Assembly: GCF_934668725.1 (NCBI RefSeq) | Contig: NZ_CAKUOF010000022.1 | Location: 4,562-36,561, forward strand | Reading direction: 5' to 3' | DNA: 32,000 bases | Source of the DNA: an uncultured Dysgonomonas sp. | GTDB taxonomy: Bacteria; Bacteroidota; Bacteroidia; Bacteroidales; Dysgonomonadaceae | Shown here: positions 1 through 8,588 of the stretch, in pieces | How positions within the stretch are numbered: position 1 is the stretch's first letter | How the letters are laid out: each line of letters starts with the position of its first letter | The notes under the pieces: model-generated | Database searches by the model: none | The model's input: the letters and a program-made list of their open reading frames with translations, nothing else | Told to the model about the DNA's origin: nothing | Program-made: the position numbers and the translations under genes

Positions 1-1171
1 AAGAATGGAACCGCATATGATTCAACCCATATTGACGGCAAATACGAAATACCCGTTCCCAAGACTCTACCTCCATAGGAGCGTATCCTGTTAATGGGAA
101 AACACAGTTTTCGACCGTACCTCTCAACATGGTTTTACGACCATTGATATAGAAATATTTGTCTTGAATGGTAAACTCACGCATCCCAAATTGCACTTGT
201 CGAACATCTTTGCCTGCTTTTGTTTGTAAAGTCGCCGTAAGCCGATACAAATTAGGATGAAATTCATCCCACAGCTGCATATTTTCTCCCATTGGTAGAT
301 CAATGGATAAAGAAGTAGCTTTTCCCCGAGGTTTGAAACTTTGCTTAACAGGTATTACAACATGTCGTTTTTCGCCATTAAAACTTTCTGCTTCAAGTAA
401 AATTTCGCCTGAAGTATTGCCTTCTATAGAAACAGTAACAACTGCCTTTTTAGCCTTTAGATCTGGAAAGATCTGAATATCTTCGATATATGTTTTTGGT
501 GTGGCTTGTAGTTCTATGCGACCTACTATCCCATTCCAATTACCTTGTGTTTGATCGGTTATACTATGCGAGTCTTTGCCTACGTTGATTTCTTTGGTTC
601 GATTATCAATCCTCAGGCTGATCGTGTTCTTACCTGTTTTAAAATAAGGTGTTACATCAAACACATGAGGTACTGATAACGAATTTTGCATACCGACCTC
701 TTTATCGTTGATCCAAAGCATAGTCTCTGTATGAGGACGCTCCAAAAACAAAATAATACGTTCTCCTTTCCACGAATTTGGAATAACTACATCTCGCTGA
801 TACCATGCAGCCCCTACATAATATTTGATAGGTGTTAACCAGAAAGGAAGTTTTAAGTTATCTTGTTTTCTGAACTTTTCTAATCGAGGATTAAAGAAAA
901 AAGAACTGTCATAAATACTGGCTGTCCAATCAGTATGCAGTGTTACGGCATCGCCCTTTCGGTTCTCGGTCATCGAACCGGGCAGAACTATTTCATCGTT
1001 CAACATTCGGGAATACCATTGTTCGGTAAGTCCTTTATCCTGTGCATCGATATCAAATCGCCACGTTCCTTGCAAATCAATCTTCTTGTGCTGTGAAAAG
1101 ATGGATAAGCTCAATAAAAGGAATAAACCAACGAAACAAATTCTTAAAAGGGGACAAGCCAAGTGCCTCAT
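1..1171 (-). CDS. Glycoside hydrolase family 2-like enzyme (beta-galactosidase/beta-glucuronidase fold). N-terminal ~390 aa only; the C-terminus runs off the left edge.
   Basis: Absent from the ORF track because it is open to the window edge. Manual minus-strand translation from the ATG at 1169-1171 gives MRHLACPLLRICFVGLFLLLSLSIFSQHKKIDLQGTWRFDID..., a signal peptide followed by GH2-type blocks (YVGAAWYQRDVVIP, NWNGIVGRIELQATPK, FGMREFTIQDKYFYINGRKTMLRGT, WERVFRICRQYGLNHMRFHS). No in-frame stop down to position 1. Confidence 0.8.
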   Translation of the reverse strand, partial: MRHLACPLLRICFVGLFLLLSLSIFSQHKKIDLQGTWRFDIDAQDKGLTEQWYSRMLNDEIVLPGSMTENRKGDAVTLHTDWTASIYDSSFFFNPRLEKFRKQDNLKLPFWLTPIKYYVGAAWYQRDVVIPNSWKGERIILFLERPHTETMLWINDKEVGMQNSLSVPHVFDVTPYFKTGKNTISLRIDNRTKEINVGKDSHSITDQTQGNWNGIVGRIELQATPKTYIEDIQIFPDLKAKKAVVTVSIEGNTSGEILLEAESFNGEKRHVVIPVKQSFKPRGKATSLSIDLPMGENMQLWDEFHPNLYRLTATLQTKAGKDVRQVQFGMREFTIQDKYFYINGRKTMLRGTVENCVFPLTGYAPMEVESWERVFRICRQYGLNHMRFHS

Positions 1172-1562
1172 AATAGTATACGGTTTAATTTTTTAGATTC
1201 AGGTAAAAGCAGAACACAAATATATTAATCACAGCACTAACCTTCTATGTAAATTCATTCAAAAACCTATAGATTTTGACATATTAAATATAGGATTAGA
1301 CATATCACCACCTCATAATAGCATCTAAGAGATAATATTACATCTATCCGGATTATTTTACATGGCATATCCGGATCAAACAGCTTATTTTTGTTTCGAT
1401 GGTTTTATTTAAGGTCACAGACCTTTTTATTGCTTTGGCAAGTATAACAAACATAGATTGTTACAACTATAAAGTATTGCAATAAATTTTATTCTTTACT
1501 TAAGTAGAAGAATGATCAATTACACTTTTCCCCATAAAGGGAATGCATTTTATCATGATAGC

Positions 1563-1600
1563 AAAACAGTCCGAAGTGATTTCGGACTGTTTTATTTTTT
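1563..1600. terminator. Hairpin terminator 18 nt downstream of the DtxR-family gene. The T-tract is actually stronger on the + strand.
   Basis: ACAGTCCGAA (1566-1575) / TTCGGACTGT (1581-1590), loop GTGAT. Flanked by AAA upstream and TTTATTTTTT downstream. Confidence 0.6.
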
Positions 1601-1617
1601 ATATAGATGATGTTTGT

Positions 1618-2271
1618 TTACAATTTTACGACAAGCAATCTATCACAGACAAACTTACTCAGAACTTCCGATGTTTTTTCCTGATGATTAACGGTCATAC
1701 TACCATCAAAATTTTCAACAGATTCAACAATAAGTTTTACTCCCAATGTTAAGCTGCGTTTGCTCAGAAAATTAAGAAAATCTTCGGATGAATCTATAAC
1801 TGCCGAAAGGGTAACTGTTTCGCCTATTTTGCAATCACTTAATCGATGATAGTCTATTTGTGGTATATTTCCTTTTTTATCGGGAATAGGAGATCCGTGT
1901 GGATCAATATGCGGATGATTTAATAATTCGTCCATCCTGTCGAAAAAAACAGTCGAATCGATATGTTCAATCTGTTCAGCAATCGAATGAACTTCTTCCC
2001 AACCAAGCCCCATACGTTCATATAAAAACATTTCCGTAAGACGGTGTTTGCGAAGAATAAGTGCTGCTTGCTGCCTTCCTGTTTCTGTTAATTTTAAAGG
2101 CTTATAGCTTTCGTAATGAATCAAGCCTTTTTCAGCAAACTTTTTCATCATACTGTTTACTGTAGACATCTTGATATCTAATGACTTGCTTAACTCATTT
2201 ACAGTAGCTTCACCCAGTTTATTTTCCAGATAAAACAAATTTTTCAGATAATTTTCTTCGGTTGGAGACAT
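1618..2271 (-). CDS. DtxR/MntR-family metal-dependent transcriptional repressor with a C-terminal FeoA/SH3-like domain
   Basis: 217 aa. N-terminal winged HTH (TVNELSKSLDIKMSTVNSMMKKFAEKGLI), then the dimerisation/metal-binding region (LRKHRLTEMFL...WEEVHSIAEQIEHIDS...HPHIDPHGSPIP) typical of DtxR/IdeR/MntR, then an SH3-like tail. Divergent from the feo operon. Confidence 0.85.
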   Translation of the reverse strand: MSPTEENYLKNLFYLENKLGEATVNELSKSLDIKMSTVNSMMKKFAEKGLIHYESYKPLKLTETGRQQAALILRKHRLTEMFLYERMGLGWEEVHSIAEQIEHIDSTVFFDRMDELLNHPHIDPHGSPIPDKKGNIPQIDYHRLSDCKIGETVTLSAVIDSSEDFLNFLSKRSLTLGVKLIVESVENFDGSMTVNHQEKTSEVLSKFVCDRLLVVKL

Positions 2272-2321
2272 TGTGATACAAATATATATAAAAAGCGAAC
2301 AATATTAAAATAAGAGCCAAA

Positions 2322-2329
2322 TAAATTTG
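2322..2329 (+). promoter_or_regulatory. Candidate Bacteroidetes -7 promoter box (TAnnTTTG) for the feoA operon
   Basis: TAAATTTG at 2322-2329, 62 nt upstream of the feoA ATG. Motif match only. Confidence 0.3.
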
Positions 2330-2390
2330 TTTTATTAATCTAACTTTATAATTTTACAATTCTAATCATCATAAAAGAAGAAGGAGAACA

Positions 2391-2669
2391 ATGGAAAATG
2401 AAGCTTTACAAATGGAGACCAGACTATCGGAACTCACCTACGGGGAAGAGGCTGAGATACTTGGTATAGAAGAAAGCTGTAAAGGTGAGATAAGAAGACG
2501 CCTGCTTGATCTTGGTTTTGTGAGAGAAACCATCATCACCGTTCAGAACGTCAGCCCATTAAGTAATCCTGTAGCTTATAGTTTACGTAATACACTGATT
2601 GCCTTACGAAACGAGCAAGCACAATGTATATTAATAAAGAAACTAACTGACAATGACAAGCGCTTGTAA
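2391..2669 (+). CDS. feoA: FeoA-family protein (small SH3-like partner of FeoB)
   Basis: 92 aa. [15 protein letters not shown]...[51 protein letters not shown] is the FeoA fold signature. Sits directly upstream of, and overlaps, the FeoB G-domain ORF. Confidence 0.85.
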   Translation: MENEALQMETRLSELTYGEEAEILGIEESCKGEIRRRLLDLGFVRETIITVQNVSPLSNPVAYSLRNTLIALRNEQAQCILIKKLTDNDKRL

Positions 2670-3408
2670 TACATGCAAATACAATACAAACTCCGATCTA
2701 AAAAAGATGGGAGAGAAAATCGACACGTTTGATTATACGATAGCCCTTGCCGGAAATCCGAATACGGGAAAAAGTACGGTATTCAATACACTTACCGGAC
2801 TTCGTCAACATACAGGTAACTGGCCGGGAAAAACGGTTACTACAGCTCAAGGTAGTTTTTCGTTCTTAGATAAGAAATTCAAATTGGTTGACCTTCCGGG
2901 AACTTATTCCTTATTATCAACCTCCGAAGACGAAGAGGTTGCCCGAGATTACATTCTGTTTGGTAAACCCGATGTCACTATCGTGGTAGTTGATGCCAGC
3001 AGACTGGAGCGGAACTTAAATCTGGCTTTACAGATTCTGGAGATTACCGATAAGGTAGTCTTGTGTGTCAATCTTATGGATGAAGCCAAAAGGCACCATA
3101 TAGAAATAGACGACAGAACGCTTGCCCGCGATTTGGGAATACCTGTTGTAACAACCAGTGCGAGATCAAACGAAGGTATAACCGAGTTGCTCCATACGGT
3201 GCATGATTTGGCTATAGGTGAGATAAAAACCAGACCTCATCACTTTCAGGATATACCGAGAAAAACTAACACTGCCATTGAGAGATTAAATGAGGAGCTA
3301 ATTAAACTATATCCTCATCTGCCCAATAGCCGATGGATAGCCATGCGCCTATTGGAAGGTGACGAAAGTATAGTTAAGGCTCTTAAAGAAGGGAGATTTC
3401 AGGAATGA
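2653..3408 (+). CDS. feoB: FeoB N-terminal GTPase (G-domain plus part of the helical domain) encoded as a separate polypeptide
   Basis: 251 aa. P-loop [20 protein letters not shown]2/G3 NWPGKTV...[11 protein letters not shown]4 CVNLMDEA, G5 TSARSNEG. The ATG at 2653 overlaps feoA by 17 nt. An alternative ATG at 2707 ([10 protein letters not shown]...) would give a more typical distance to the P-loop. Confidence 0.85.
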   Translation: MTSACNTCKYNTNSDLKKMGEKIDTFDYTIALAGNPNTGKSTVFNTLTGLRQHTGNWPGKTVTTAQGSFSFLDKKFKLVDLPGTYSLLSTSEDEEVARDYILFGKPDVTIVVVDASRLERNLNLALQILEITDKVVLCVNLMDEAKRHHIEIDDRTLARDLGIPVVTTSARSNEGITELLHTVHDLAIGEIKTRPHHFQDIPRKTNTAIERLNEELIKLYPHLPNSRWIAMRLLEGDESIVKALKEGRFQE

Positions 3409-4826
3409 AAGAAGATAAACATACACTCGATAATTTGTTGGAACTGGCGGAAGAGTTACGAAAAGAGGTTGGTGACAACTATCACGATAATCTGACCGAA
3501 AGTTTCTATGCGGATGCAGCAAAAATAGTAAAAAGCTCAGTTAAATCGGATGACCAACACCGTTCGTTTCGAGTTGACCGGGCTATAGATAATATAGTGA
3601 CGAGTCGCATTTGGGGTTTTCCCATCATGCTGTTCCTACTTGGGTTTGTGCTTTGGTTAACCATAATCGGGGCAAATTATCCGTCTCAATTATTATCGTC
3701 CCTATTTTTGGATACTATTTATCCGTTCCTGAAAACAGGAGCAGACAGCCTTAGTATTCCTTGGTGGATAAGCGGATTAGTGATCGATGGAGTTTATCTT
3801 GCCACAGCTTGGGTCGTAGCTGTTATGCTTCCCCCGATGGCAATATTTTTCCCGTTGTTCACACTAATGGAAGATTTCGGATATTTACCACGCATAGCAT
3901 TCAATCTCGATAATCTATTCCGCAAAGCTGGTGCACATGGCAAACAAGCTCTCACCATGAGTATGGGTTTTGGTTGCAATGCTGCCGGAGTAGTAGCTAC
4001 ACGTATTATAGACAGTCCCAGAGAAAGGCTTATTGCCATCATAACCAATAATTTTTCGTTATGCAACGGACGATGGCCTACACAAATTCTGATTGCTACT
4101 ATATTTATCGGGGCAGTTGTTCCAACGGGATTCTCTCAGATAGTATCCACAGGATCGGTTATTGGAATAGCGGTATTAGGCATCGGATTTACTTTTGCCG
4201 TCTCTTGGTTTTTATCCAAAACCATGCTTAAAGGCGAGGCTTCATTCTTTATTCTGGAGCTTCCTCCCTATCGTCCACCACGCATATGGCAAACCATTTA
4301 CACTTCTTTAATCGACCGGACATTGATAGTCTTAGGGCGTGCCGTAGTATTTGCAGCACCTGCCGGAGCTATTATCTGGCTGATCAGCAATATAAACATC
4401 GGAGATCAGAGTATTGCCCTCTGGATGATAGACGGTTTGTCTCCCTTCGGATTAATACTGGGACTGAATGGAGTTATCCTGTTGGCTTACATTGTCGCTA
4501 TTCCTGCCAACGAAATTGTAATACCCACCATACTTATGCTTACTACTCTTACCCTCAGCAGTATGGGTATAGGCAACGGGGCAGGCGTACTTTTCGAAGG
4601 TTCGGAGAATGAAGTTGCAAATATTCTGCATGCGGGAGGATGGACATTACTTACAGCCGTAAACCTCATGCTGTTCAGCTTACTGCATAATCCGTGCAGT
4701 ACAACTATTTATACTATCTACAAAGAAACCCGAAGTGCTAAATGGACTGCGGTTGCCTCTTTGCTTCCTCTTGTCTTGGGTCTTGTTGTTTGTTTTTTGG
4801 TTGCTCAAATCTGGAAATTCTTCTGA
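3405..4826 (+). CDS. feoB: FeoB C-terminal membrane permease (nucleoside-recognition/gate domains) encoded as a separate polypeptide
   Basis: 473 aa, polytopic. Gate-motif region [43 protein letters not shown] and a second-half repeat, as in the FeoB core. The start ATG overlaps the upstream TGA (ATGA at 3405-3408). Confidence 0.85.
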   Translation: MKEDKHTLDNLLELAEELRKEVGDNYHDNLTESFYADAAKIVKSSVKSDDQHRSFRVDRAIDNIVTSRIWGFPIMLFLLGFVLWLTIIGANYPSQLLSSLFLDTIYPFLKTGADSLSIPWWISGLVIDGVYLATAWVVAVMLPPMAIFFPLFTLMEDFGYLPRIAFNLDNLFRKAGAHGKQALTMSMGFGCNAAGVVATRIIDSPRERLIAIITNNFSLCNGRWPTQILIATIFIGAVVPTGFSQIVSTGSVIGIAVLGIGFTFAVSWFLSKTMLKGEASFFILELPPYRPPRIWQTIYTSLIDRTLIVLGRAVVFAAPAGAIIWLISNINIGDQSIALWMIDGLSPFGLILGLNGVILLAYIVAIPANEIVIPTILMLTTLTLSSMGIGNGAGVLFEGSENEVANILHAGGWTLLTAVNLMLFSLLHNPCSTTIYTIYKETRSAKWTAVASLLPLVLGLVVCFLVAQIWKFF

Positions 4827-4905
4827 TAAAAATGGAATAGTAGTTGATATTAAGGGAACAGCCTTTTTCGAAAATAGACAGAACAACCTAGTTTAATAAT
4901 TAAAA

Positions 4906-4945
4906 TCCAAAATCAGCAAAATCTGTTATCTCTGCTGACTTTGGA
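4906..4945. terminator. Bidirectional hairpin between convergent feoB and the KAS III gene
   Basis: TCCAAAATCAGCA (4906-4918) pairs with TGCTGACTTTGGA (4933-4945): 13 bp with 1 mismatch and a 14-nt loop. A/T-rich flanks on both sides. Confidence 0.5.
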
Positions 4946-4973
4946 TTATCTTTATACGTCTTGAATAATTTAC

Positions 4974-5924
4974 CTAGCAATCTTTCAGTAACAGACATGT
5001 TCCGGCTGAATATCCGCCTCCAAAAACAGAGAGGCAAACCAGATCATTTTCCTGAATCTTATCATAATTCTGAGCAAGAACCAAAAGGGCACTTGTCGAG
5101 CCCGTATTGCCTAACTCCTCTATATTAGTCATTGTTTTATCGTCTGAAATATCCAACTCCTTAAGTACATGAGATATGATTCTTTTATTTGCCTGATGTC
5201 CGATGAAATAAGACAGATCATTAACAGCATATCCATTTCTATCCAGAATATCTTTCGTATTTTGAACTAAATAGGTACAAGCCCGCATAAATACATCTTT
5301 ACCGTATGGCATGCGCAGATCGCCACTCGTTAAATCAAGAGTTACTGCCTCAGGGCCATGCCCAATATGCGCTAATCCTTGTGTTGTTATATCCACAACT
5401 CTTAATTCATCCTCTGAATATCTTTCTGATGAAAAAAAGTATGCAGTAGCAGCATCTCCCCATAAATGTCCCGACATTGAGTCTTTGTCATCCGAGTAAG
5501 TGGAATTTCGTTCGGCACAAATAAGCAGTGCCTTTGTTGCTATACCGGTTTGAAAAAAGGATTGTATAACTTCCATCGCATTTACTGCTGATGAACAGGC
5601 AGATGAGATCTGGAATGCTTTAGCTTTCCTCATTTCGAATTGCCTCTGAATAACATGCGCTGTTGTTCCAATAGTATCAGACAAAGTATATGAAGCAAAT
5701 ATAATAAGATCGATATCTGTTTCTTTATATGGCAACAAAGGCAATGCTTTCAACACTGCCTCTGTACACATATAATCCATAGTTTCGTCTTCTGTAGCTC
5801 TGGATCTGGTAAGGATGCCGGTTCGTTGATATATCCAATTGGCATCAAGCCCGTTAATATCTTTAAAGTATTCGTTTGAAATTCGTTGATCAGGAATGTA
5901 ATAACCTATAGCGTTAATATACAT
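4974..5924 (-). CDS. 3-oxoacyl-ACP synthase III family (KAS III / FabH-like) condensing enzyme
   Basis: 316 aa. The Cys-His-Asn triad contexts are visible (QISSACSSAV, FIGHQANKRI, ELGNTGSTSAL). Thiolase-fold N-terminus MYINAIGYYIPDQRISNEYF. No other fatty-acid synthesis gene is adjacent. Confidence 0.8.
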   Translation of the reverse strand: MYINAIGYYIPDQRISNEYFKDINGLDANWIYQRTGILTRSRATEDETMDYMCTEAVLKALPLLPYKETDIDLIIFASYTLSDTIGTTAHVIQRQFEMRKAKAFQISSACSSAVNAMEVIQSFFQTGIATKALLICAERNSTYSDDKDSMSGHLWGDAATAYFFSSERYSEDELRVVDITTQGLAHIGHGPEAVTLDLTSGDLRMPYGKDVFMRACTYLVQNTKDILDRNGYAVNDLSYFIGHQANKRIISHVLKELDISDDKTMTNIEELGNTGSTSALLVLAQNYDKIQENDLVCLSVFGGGYSAGTCLLLKDC

Positions 5925-5946
5925 GATTAAATATGTTTGATTTTAA

Positions 5947-5966
5947 TTTATAAATATATTTATAAA
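5947..5966. repeat. Perfect 20-bp A/T-only palindrome immediately upstream of the KAS III start. It extends imperfectly to about 5939-5975.
   Basis: TTTATAAATA|TATTTATAAA read directly. Flanks GATTTTAA... / ...AATCAAAATC continue the symmetry with a 1-nt indel. Confidence 0.6.
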
Positions 5967-5991
5967 ATCAAAATCTGATATTTTATTTAAT

Positions 5992-6052
5992 CATAAAGTT
6001 ACCATACTCTGTTATTTTTTATGTTTATTTTAACAGATACGGTAACTTTATG
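5992..6052. repeat. Nested inverted repeat (12-bp outer arms, 6-bp inner arms) between the lipoprotein gene stop and the KAS III gene. It has no T-tract, so it is not a canonical terminator.
   Basis: Outer arms CATAAAGTTACC (5992-6003) / GGTAACTTTATG (6041-6052), perfect. Inner arms CTGTTA (6009-6014) / TAACAG (6031-6036). Confidence 0.6.
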
Positions 6053-6105
6053 ACATTCTGAACTAAGCCGGACTTTCGTCCTTTATAATTTATACAGACT
6101 AGCTA

Positions 6106-6639
6106 TTATAGTGCCCGCCCTTTAAATACAGTCGATTCCGACTTCGGATACAAGTAACCCGAAAAAGTTATAACCCTGCTATTAAAATTAGGTGTCACTA
6201 TGGCTGTACACTGATTACTACCGGCTACCATATTAATAGTAACAATTGCAGATACTCCGGTACCGAATACATTCATCGAGAATGTAATATTACCTTTTTT
6301 ATCAGTCTTAGTCTTAACGTTCGAAGCTCTTCCTTCTACAGTAATTCCTCCCATTCCGTTAGGACCGGCATATGGAGAATTAAAGGCTAATTGTATAGTA
6401 GCATTATCTCCACTCATCGAGATGAAGTTTGTATTGGAAGAAACATAACTATAGCGTCCATTTTTAAAGTTAATACGGTCTGCTTCAAGAACAAAATCTT
6501 GACTATTCAACGCCTCTACTGCTTTTTGAAACTTAAACTCACGCTCTGCATTTTTTGCTTCTTTAACGGCTGGATCTTGAGTTTTACATCCTGACAAAAC
6601 CAATGTAATTGACATCAATAAAAATAAAACTTTTCTCAT
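6106..6639 (-). CDS. Small lipoprotein of unknown function (possibly DUF4251-like)
   Basis: 177 aa. Lipoprotein signal MRKVLFLLMSITLVLSGC, and the remainder is beta-rich. The family assignment is from memory of the FVLEADRI... pattern only. Confidence 0.6.
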   Translation of the reverse strand: MRKVLFLLMSITLVLSGCKTQDPAVKEAKNAEREFKFQKAVEALNSQDFVLEADRINFKNGRYSYVSSNTNFISMSGDNATIQLAFNSPYAGPNGMGGITVEGRASNVKTKTDKKGNITFSMNVFGTGVSAIVTINMVAGSNQCTAIVTPNFNSRVITFSGYLYPKSESTVFKGRAL

Positions 6640-6820
6640 TTTTCCTAAATTTATGTGAATTTTCCGAATTTTATATTGTAAACAAATTAGATCATAATAA
6701 AGTTTGCTTGAATATTATTATAATTTTGTAGACATCAATAACTGTTTGAATAAACAAGTACTTATTTGATATTGTTTAATTGTAAAAAATAATTTGAAAT
6801 ACTAATAATACATATATTCA

Positions 6821-7549
6821 ATGCTCAAAAAACATACTTTCACTAAGGAAAAATTTCTTGATATATTACATGTAATTATTATCTTACTTTCTGTTGTACT
6901 CATCATATCCATTTCCATTGATACATTTAATAATATATCGTTTCTTACACAGGATACATATATGAAACTTCAATTATGGATTTGTATATTCTTTCTATTT
7001 GATTTTGTATTGGAATTGATTCTGTCCGACCGAAAATGGCGTTTCATAAGTACACACTTCATATTTCTGATAATATCTATTCCTTATCTCAATATAATAG
7101 AGTATTATCAAATCTCATTCGCTCCCGAGGTGAACTACATGATACGTTTTATACCATTAATTAGAGGTGGTTATGCTTTGGCTACTGTGGTAAATTGGCT
7201 AACAAAAAATAAAATATCGGGAATCTTCGTTTCTTATATCACGATTTTAATAGGCATAGTATACTTCTCCAGCCTCATGTTTTTTGTATTGGAGCATAAG
7301 GTCAATCCGGCAGTTTTAAATTATTCTGACTCTTTATGGTGGGCATCTATGAATGTTACAACCGTAGGTTCTAATATTTATGCACAGACGGGAGTCGGTA
7401 AAATACTGTCCATCCTTTTAGCTGCATTGGGAATGATGATGTTCCCCATTTTCACCGTGTATATAACTAACATAGTGCAAATGACAAACAAGAAACAAAA
7501 ATCATCTAAAAAAAGAACATCCGGAAAAATAGATAACCAAGAACAATAA
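6821..7549 (+). CDS. 6-TM ion-transport (voltage-gated-like) channel with a pore loop but a non-canonical selectivity filter
   Basis: 242 aa. S4-like segment MIRFIPLIRGGYALATVVNWLTK. Pore helix/filter SLWWASMNVTTVGSNIYAQTGVGKIL, where K+ channels have TTVGYGD. Basic C-terminal tail. Confidence 0.7.
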   Translation: MLKKHTFTKEKFLDILHVIIILLSVVLIISISIDTFNNISFLTQDTYMKLQLWICIFFLFDFVLELILSDRKWRFISTHFIFLIISIPYLNIIEYYQISFAPEVNYMIRFIPLIRGGYALATVVNWLTKNKISGIFVSYITILIGIVYFSSLMFFVLEHKVNPAVLNYSDSLWWASMNVTTVGSNIYAQTGVGKILSILLAALGMMMFPIFTVYITNIVQMTNKKQKSSKKRTSGKIDNQEQ

Positions 7550-7611
7550 TATTTCGAGATTACATAACATCAAGGGGGATATCCAGTCATTACTCGAATA
7601 ATTTTACATAT

Positions 7612-7656
7612 AAAAAGACAGGTCGATAATAGAAATATTTATCGACCTGTTTAATT
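7612..7656. terminator. Bidirectional rho-independent terminator between the convergent channel gene and tatC
   Basis: ACAGGTCGATAA (7618-7629) / TTATCGACCTGT (7639-7650), perfect 12 bp with a 9-nt loop. AAAAAG upstream and TTAATT downstream. Confidence 0.65.
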
Positions 7657-7694
7657 GTAAGGAAATACAGATATAACTTTTTGTAATCGGATTA

Positions 7695-8576
7695 TTATTG
7701 AGCCTGTAATTCTTTTAGTCTTTGCTCTGTATCATCCTCCAAGTCTTCATCGAATTCATCCTCCTCATTTTCGTCTTCCTCATCTTCTTTTGGAGCAGTC
7801 TTTACAAAAAATGCACTCAGCTCAAACAAAAAGTAAAGTGGAAAGAATACAATAGAAAGAGTAAAGGGATCGCCTGATGGTGTAATAAATGCAGCAGCAA
7901 CCAATAGCCCAACAATAGCATGTCTACGGTATTTTGTAAAGAGTGACCTGTTTAGTAATCCGAATTGAGAGAGCAACCACGATAATAGAGGTAATTCAAA
8001 AACAATTCCCATCACAAAAATAAGCATCAAGAAATTATCCATATATGAATCTAATGATATCTGATTAACAATTACATCACTCAACTGGTAAGTAGCCAAA
8101 AAGCGTAAAGTCATCGGAAAAACCATAGAATAGCCAAAAAGGCAACCGACAAAAAACATAAAAGTTCCAAACACAAATGCCCATCTAATATTTTTCCTTT
8201 CATAAGAATATAGTGCGGGCTTTAAAAAGCACCATATTTCATAAGCTATATACGGAAAAGTGAGAATTACAGCCAACCAAAAAGAGGTTGTCATATGTGT
8301 AAAGAACTGAGAAGCCAGATTGATATTTATAATATCTACTCGAAATGTATTATCACAAAAATCGGGTAAAAAAGACACCGAAGATGTTATTGTACAGAGA
8401 TATCTATACAGAAAAAAGTTTGAACTGGTAGGAGCCATTACCACATTTTCGAACAGATAAGGCATGAAAATAAAACCTATAATTGAAAACACAATTAATG
8501 CAGCTCCTGACCTGAATATAGACCAGCGGAGTTCTTCCAAATGATCCCAAAAGGTCATTTCTTTATTTTCTTTCAT
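7695..8576 (-). CDS. tatC: Twin-arginine translocase subunit TatC
   Basis: 293 aa. N-terminal MTFWDHLEELRWSIFRS signature and 6 TM segments. Unusual acidic C-terminal tail. Lies 12 nt downstream of tatA. Confidence 0.9.
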   Translation of the reverse strand: MKENKEMTFWDHLEELRWSIFRSGAALIVFSIIGFIFMPYLFENVVMAPTSSNFFLYRYLCTITSSVSFLPDFCDNTFRVDIININLASQFFTHMTTSFWLAVILTFPYIAYEIWCFLKPALYSYERKNIRWAFVFGTFMFFVGCLFGYSMVFPMTLRFLATYQLSDVIVNQISLDSYMDNFLMLIFVMGIVFELPLLSWLLSQFGLLNRSLFTKYRRHAIVGLLVAAAFITPSGDPFTLSIVFFPLYFLFELSAFFVKTAPKEDEEDENEEDEFDEDLEDDTEQRLKELQAQ

Positions 8577-8588
8577 AGATGAGTACTA

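Noticed and set aside
1543-1752. 69-aa + strand ORF spanning the terminator hairpin and the 3' end of the DtxR-family gene
   Set aside because: It overlaps the regulator antisense, includes the hairpin/T-tract, and has no recognisable features.
2272-2390. Search for a DtxR/MntR-type palindromic operator in the dtxR-feoA divergent region
   Set aside because: Only short A/T inverted repeats (for example AATAAA...TTTATT) were found, and these are expected by chance in about 85% A/T sequence. I do not report an operator.
3794-4886. ORFs 3794-4066 (-), 4286-4612 (+), 4487-4669 (-) and 4680-4886 (-) within or just after the FeoB permease gene
   Set aside because: They lie inside or antisense to a strongly supported polytopic FeoB CDS. 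Their translations are Arg/Ser-rich or low-complexity, with no motifs.
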